A stretch of 64,000 nucleotides of DNA. It comes from Eledone cirrhosa (lineage: Eukaryota). The stretch spans positions 191,952,001 through 192,016,000 of the forward strand of contig OZ024740.1 of NCBI GenBank assembly GCA_964016885.1, written 5' to 3'. A program made the translations under genes and the position numbers. Below are positions 57,204-64,000 of this stretch, piece by piece. Each line of letters opens with the position of its first letter. Position 1 is the first letter of the stretch. A model generated the notes under the pieces. It ran no database searches. It was not told the DNA's origin and saw nothing but the letters and a program-made list of their open reading frames with translations.

Positions 57204-60200
57204 TGTCTATGTGTGCATTACGTTTATTTGACGATCTTTTAACGGAAATCTGTAAAATAATTTATATTTTCAAAGCATAATTGACATATCTTATTAAACG
57301 GCTGAATATAATAAATGAAATCAATGATTCGTAATATCAATTTCATAAATTAATGCATGGAAATAATTTATTGGAATTTAATGAACGTGCAATTCAAATT
57401 ATGGTTAATTAAAAATGTTTAAATACACAACTATGATTAAAATATATTTATGAACTGTTGACGTAAATTATAGACGTTATTTAAAAGCTAAATTTTATAT
57501 GACAAAGAATTTAGTTAAATTTCAGTGATATGAACTTACCCATATCATAATGAAAATCACTCATATCCTAATGGAAATCACTCAAACATCAAATATAAGC
57601 GTATCGCTCAAGTCTCCTATCATTATAACCACAGTGACATTAATGTTGATTAACGAGATCGTGTCAACAATGTGATATAGGATTCCCTATCAAAGAAAAT
57701 TATAAATAAATTATAAATGTAAATTACTCATAAACCATATCAGGATGATCTATCGGGCTTTGTATTAAATATTCATGAACATATAAGCGTGTGTGCATGT
57801 TAGCAGAGGGATTTGAAATATTGCACACTATCTAGAAACCAGATCAATGGTAATGGGATATGGGGGAAGAATTTCGTTCCTAAGGGTGAATATATATATA
57901 TATTTATTATTATGGTGACTCAAAATCGTAGTCTAGACATAATGAATCGAAATTGAAGCATATTTAGTTTCCTGAAGATCCTGTATTTTATGATGTGTCT
58001 ATTCTATATACGTTAAATTCTAATTATATGTTAATAAATAAAACCAGGTGCACTTTGAATTTCTATTGAGATATTTAAAACATATGAGTCGTATTGTTGG
58101 TTCAGTTTCTGAGTATGGTTACGGAATTAGTTTAGCCTATTCAAAGGTTAAGGAACTGTTAAATGAGTGAAATAAATATTTTAATAAATGCATATTGTTA
58201 CTAAGGAAATTGCACGTGTACGGCATCAGCTCAACTGTGTCTGTTCATTCTTTAACTTGTAGGAGGTAATGTAAGAAAGCATTTAGCCAGCTAAAACGTT
58301 GCGTAGCAGCTAACGTATTGGCTCAGTTGTTAATGATTATAAGAAAACATATTAATTCATCCTGGTTTACTATTTTTTTCATAACATGTTATCAATCCAG
58401 ATGTGGTTAGGTTCTAATAGGATTCAACAACAATCGTACAGCGTGAACAAATAAAAGGAAACGGTATAACGTTGTAAATTTGAATGATAGTCCCATTTCT
58501 CGGTGACAAAATAGTCGGAGTTAGTGAGGTGTTTAGGGTCGATGCTATTTACAAAATCGAAAACTTAAAGCAAGCAAAATCCTGCTAGAACGTTTCATAC
58601 ACATTTAGAAAAATCGTCACCTCTAAATAAATCCATTTATATTAGAATTATTTTTACAATATATAGGTTATAGCTTTAATCCACCTAATGTTGCTTTGAA
58701 ACACCTATATTAAACATAAATATGTTTTGGAAAAGAACCCCAACACTAGATTCCACGTGTACAACTAATTGGTGCACTCGATATCAATGATTATAAATGA
58801 GGCAGATTGCAAGTATTAATGTAATAATTGATCGCATTTCCATATCCTCTTATGTCTCTGAGTTAAAATTTCACCTTGGTCGACTATTCTGTCATCGCAG
58901 AGGACTAGATAAAATAGCTATCAGTTAGGTACAACAGAGATAATATTATGAGATTGGACACTATTTCCAAAAGTGTAATCAGTTTAGATATGTTATAACC
59001 ATTCATCGAGAAGTGTATAAAACGTGAAGCCATCATACTTATCCATGACATTATCACGAGGATGAATTATCCTTTCGCAATAATTCAGGATGTATCACCT
59101 CTACCCTAATATAGTCGATACACTTAGGTATGTGATCATATTATAGCTTCCACTATAATATAAGCTGTTGGTTAAAATCTTTACAAAAGTGTCTCATGAA
59201 ATACCTGGTTTTCTTTATAATCTCGGGAGTACTTAAGATTGCAGAAACTTACTTTGATTACACAGTTCACAGAATAACTGATATGTAATATATGTCAATA
59301 ATAGTTTATTATGTATTAAAAGATGTATGATGTTACATGCAGTTTATTATGCATGAAGGTCGTCACGGCTCACATTAAATTAAGCTAAGAATAAAAACTC
59401 TCTGAATTACTCCCTTCTGTATTTATGGGTCTCGTTCTGATAAACTTGCAATCACTAAATATATGACAACGAATTTGAAAGTCACACACAGCATGAAGCT
59501 TGAACGAATCAAAAATATAAATGCAAACTTATAACTAATGTATATTTTTTACGGTGAGTTTTGTTTTAATCAAAATACAATTTCTGCGTCGCCTTGTGTA
59601 ATGTATTTGTCTTCTTACTGCATCATAATTCATATTGAATTACTGCTTCTGCAAACGTTGATTTCAAAACAATAGAGGGTACCATTAAAATACAATAAAT
59701 GTAAATGAGCAATTTTATTGATTTTCCAAAATATTGCATATAATACATATTTCTTAAAAGACCCAAAGCAATATATCATGTATTTTGTATACGATGAAAA
59801 CACTAACAAATAATTATGGAAACTTTTTAATAGACATAGGCCTGTTGAGAGGATATAACGTAATCTGTTATGCTCGATGCCAATTAAAATTCCCCTTTAT
59901 AGCGTAAAGAGACAGAATATCTAACAGGGTATCAGAAAACTCGTTACTGAAGAAGAATGTTGGAAGTATGGGGATTTATAATAAGATTTGTTGGTGGAAT
60001 CATACGGTATCCTGTATAATATAATTGGCGATATGATGGTTGCTTTTAAAGTGTAAAAAACAAATTTAAAATTGTTTTGCTGAAACCATATTAAGTTTTA
60101 CATCGTTGTTTAAATATATCAGTAGGAAAGTTATCACATAATCAATATATCACAAGCACGTTAAACTACTAAGAGTTTGTACCGTTAATATAGTAATACT

Positions 60201-61939
60201 TAGTACTGCAAAAATATGTGTACAGCGGAATTTCATAATATCTAAAGATATGTTCCATGATCAAAACGTTCCAGCGAGGAAAGTGTTAAAGCTATATAAA
60301 TTATCTGTATGTAATCTAAAGTTGAGCGAACATTATGCTGTTTAAATATCTGTTGTTGCCAGATATAATAATCTACGTAGAATTGATTTCAACATAAAAT
60401 CCCAATCCAAATGAGTTCTTTTTCTATTATACTAATAGCTATATAACTTTTGTGTTTTGTCTTTTAAAGTTCAACTATGAGTGTACAAAGCAAAAGAACA
60501 TTGATAATACTACATACGCATTTTATCATTATGTGTATGTGTTCCCATAGGTAATAAGTCTAAATAGAGCATAAATCAAATTTGTTTTCTTTGCGCTAAA
60601 GCATACAAACTATCGTATGGTATTATCAAGATTATGGCAAAGTATAATATTAGAACAATCAGAACATACGTAAAACATTTCTTATTGTCCTTGTCAAATT
60701 TGCAAATGTATTGTTTTATCTCATACTCCAAATTCGGTCAACGTTTTAATGAATATTAAAAAAGTTTAATATATATACGATTATACTTTTACTTATATTT
60801 TTCTGCCCACAGGAATTAAACAATATCAAACAAAGACATTGAACATGATAGCAGCATTTCTATGAAATTAAATTTTCTTTATCCCTTCAACTATTGTCTC
60901 ATATCTATATAACCCCCGGCTACGCTGCAGGAAATATTATGGACTCACAAACATTCTATAACTTTCAATATTTTTTATCGATTTAATGATCACTTGTGGG
61001 GCTTCCGATAAGGAGTGACTGTGTGAAAGAGGAATCCTTGTCCCGCAAAACACCACTGTGAATGCAATCAGCAAAATTCACTCACAAATAATACATGGAA
61101 TTAGCTAGATGAATAAATCTATCGAAAAAGTTGTCAATGTGGAGGCAGCTCTTCCTTATTCAGTTACATTTATTTGCGATTTACCTGGTAAACGTAATTC
61201 CCAAACTTTATATTTGGTCCAACAACATGTTTGCCCATATTCATGTTGACAGACATTGTAATACTTAGTCTATGTTAAATTTCTTTGCGTTAGAAACTTG
61301 TTTTCCTATTGTTAATAGATGTAAACATATAGTCAGTTGAGCATACATACATGTATAAATGGAGTTGGATTACTTTTTAACACGAGTAAATGTTATTTTC
61401 TTTCTATCCAACGACAGCTCTATAAAATTAGATATATTGTATATTTAATACGTTTAGGTTTTAACGTTCAGAAGAAAGGATGTAGATATTGTAGTTGAAA
61501 ACGAGCAATTTTATTTTCCGTCCGATTATTTAAATAAGATTTGATGGAGCTTTGTTTTTTATGGTGTCCCATAAGACCAAATGATATATAATATATAATT
61601 AATTGAACAAGTGGCAATACGCTGATAATTAATGAAACCATAGAAACTAATCTGAGATTTCTTGGAATCATAAAAATATAACTCATATATCAGATTAACG
61701 ATAAAGAAATTTCTTCATTACTCAATCATACAAAACTTGCTCAAACTTGTTTGTTCTAACATAAATATTTACAGACACAACAAAATGCACACACCGACAC
61801 CCATATATATATGTATATATATATAGGTAAAGTGAAAAAGGAAAACACCCTTACGAATGACCATGGAATTTGCACCTAGAAAATTCTCCTCCGAGGTAAA
61901 ATTCAGCGCAGCTTTGTTTGTGAAAGAACAAATGTCGCA

Positions 61940-62130
61940 CATGTATACCAGTCTCCCCTCACCACCCGACAGATGTTGTCCAAGGAAAAGGCAAATGTCG
62001 ATACTGTTTGGCACTAGTGACGTTGCAACTCATTTCTACAGTTGAGTGAACTGGAGCAATGTGTAATAAAGTGTCTTGCTCAAGGACACAACATATCACT
62101 CGATCTGTGAATGGAATTCAGAACCTCAAG
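61940..62130 (-). mobile_element. Degenerate CORE-like SINE
   Basis: gagtgaactggagcaatgtg.aataaagtgtcttgctcaaggacacaac. Confidence 0.65.
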
Positions 62131-62631
62131 TCTCCGTGTTCTTTATTATGATTAAGTATGAGATTAGTTACACTGAAGCTTTACGGGAGCACCTACATTA
62201 TCTCCATACAGGACTGAATGTGACGGAGTGACAGAATAAATAGAAGGTACAAGGGGAGGCAATGTGTAGATGGTGATTTTGGAGGAGATATGTTCAATAA
62301 AAGAGAAGATATGAATAAGAAAAATAAATATGAATGAGCAGAGAGAAAGGGCTGAAGAATTCAAAAGCACAGGAATGACAAATAGAAAATGATGAAAGAA
62401 AAAGAAACGAAAAAATAAAAAAAATGCAGAAAAAACGGGACATTTAGGGAGAGGAGTAAAAATAGGGAAATATAAAGGAGGAGACATAGAGGGGTCAGGA
62501 GTGTAGAAATACATTGTGGGAGGAAGTGATGATGATAGTTGAAGAGTATAAATACAATACAATTGGTGAATGAATCTGTTTTAAATGGAACGTTAAAGTC
62601 ACTTTTGCCAGAATAATGATAATTATGATCA

Positions 62632-62928
62632 TTGTTTCTACGTTTGGCACAAGGCCAGCAATTACTCCAGTGTATTACTGGTACTTTATTTTATCAACCC
62701 CATAAGGATGAAAGGCAAAGTTAACCTCGGCGGGGTTTGAACTCAGTCCGTAAAGGGACGTAACTGTGCTACAAAGCATGGCGTCCGACCATCTACTAAT
62801 ACTGCCAATCCACCGCCCTAATAATTGTTTCTATTCTTGGCACAAGGCCAGCAATTACCCAGTGCATTACTGGTACTTTATTTTATCGACCCCGTAAGGA
62901 TGAAAGGCAAAGTTAACCTCGGTGGGAT
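62632..62928 (-). mobile_element. Tandem tRNA-SINE (full unit 62632-62818 plus truncated unit 62825-62928) inside one TSD pair
   Basis: Same family as 24447. TSD tgataattatgat at 62617-62629 and 62929-62941. Confidence 0.88.
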
Positions 62929-63189
62929 TGATAATTATGATAATGATAGTGGAAGTGATAGATGGTGATTTTATTTAAGGTAGTTATAGTGAAAAACGAC
63001 AGAGTAATTAAATATGTGGGTATATGAGTGTATATCAAATAATGTGAATAAACAAAAACTGACGGAGACAAGTGGGCAGCTGAAGAATATTTAGTGAAAA
63101 AATGACTGATAATGATAGATTGATAATTATGATAAAACTCTGGAGGTAGTGTAAAATATGATGACAGTGATAACATGTGTAGTAATAAA

Positions 63190-63560
63190 CTACTAGTTTA
63201 GCAACTTGTATATAGAATCGAAATAGAGGAAAATATATATATGGAACTGGCTGAAGAAAACCGTCACATCCTGCTTCTTTTAAAACCTGAACAGGTTCAA
63301 GATCAAGCGATTGGAGTTCTCAAAATCCTTGTCAAGATACAATAAACACATGACAGTTAACGATATCATAAATCCCACCATCAAATGGTATATTGTTGCA
63401 AAAGCGAAAACTTATAATGAACAAGGTACGAGATATAATTTATATACCATAGATATAAATATATGTTTTCAAGAAATATCCTGATCTTACGAGAATAATC
63501 TTTTTCGCTTTTTCTTCCTACAATAATGTTCGAACTTTGTGCCTTGAAGCACATCCAATT
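63190..63560 (+). pseudogene. Highly decayed PLE GIY-YIG C-terminal fragment
   Basis: INPTIKWYIVAKAKTYNEQGTRYNLYTID resembles YSxxWxIVxxxxPYxxxxxxCxLCxxE in the 33017 and 15962 ORFs. Confidence 0.45.
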
Positions 63561-64000
63561 ACCAGATTATTCCAACGTGCACACTGGATAATTATAGATT
63601 TTACTGACCACCTAACACTACATTTTAACAATATGTAACCGGATTGTACAAATAGGGGATGACCCATCTACATCCTCAGGCCTCAAGAGGTCAACACCCA
63701 AACCTACTCACAGCAATATATACACCTACACCCATCCACACCACAACCAACGCCTACCCAACACCCATCTACACACGATTAAGCCCAATCTTCCTTTCAG
63801 GCTCTGAGCACCCAGAGTGTCCCTCGGTATATGTACAAGAGCTGTAAATTACGGTATGTACCATATCAACTACATATTACAGTAATTATTCTAGATTCTT
63901 CATCTCGTCAACAAACTAGCTACTGCCATCGACTATAATTTGTAGACTGGGGACAAACTAATAATGCAAATATTTATTTGTTATCTTTCTAATATTTCAA

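Noticed and set aside
57240-61760. Long repeat-poor AT-rich stretch as a possible gene region (also 37300-40900 and 46450-49300)
   Set aside because: No ORF, recognisable motif or convincing splice pair. Small exons or enhancers cannot be excluded without transcript data.

Overview
Eukaryotic, very AT-rich, microsatellite-saturated DNA. The tRNA-SINE family and the RTE tail point to an octopod cephalopod; this is an inference. I could not identify any host protein-coding exon, and almost all of the ORF track is translated (TA)n/(CA)n/(GA)n repeat. The recognisable content is mobile DNA: one near-complete Penelope-like element (PLE; RT plus GIY-YIG, one frameshift) and about six PLE fragments, three RTE LINE families, a mariner remnant, non-autonomous Helitrons, a TGT..ACA MITE, a hairpin element family and tRNA-SINEs with clear target-site duplications (TSDs). 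The main result is about 20 minimal type I hammerhead ribozyme (HHR) motifs from roughly nine unrelated families, found and folded by eye. Some are canonical, some degenerate and some have variant cores. Most sit in short non-coding cassettes flanked by (TA)n, as inverted-repeat pairs, with the shared order HHR, A(A/T)TAAA, GAGYRC-like motif, (TA)n. HHRs in PLE pseudo-LTRs (pLTRs) are known. The density, the ORF-less palindromic mini-elements, the recurrent non-canonical cores and a pLTR built largely of microsatellite are the parts worth testing. Coordinates of degenerate elements are approximate.
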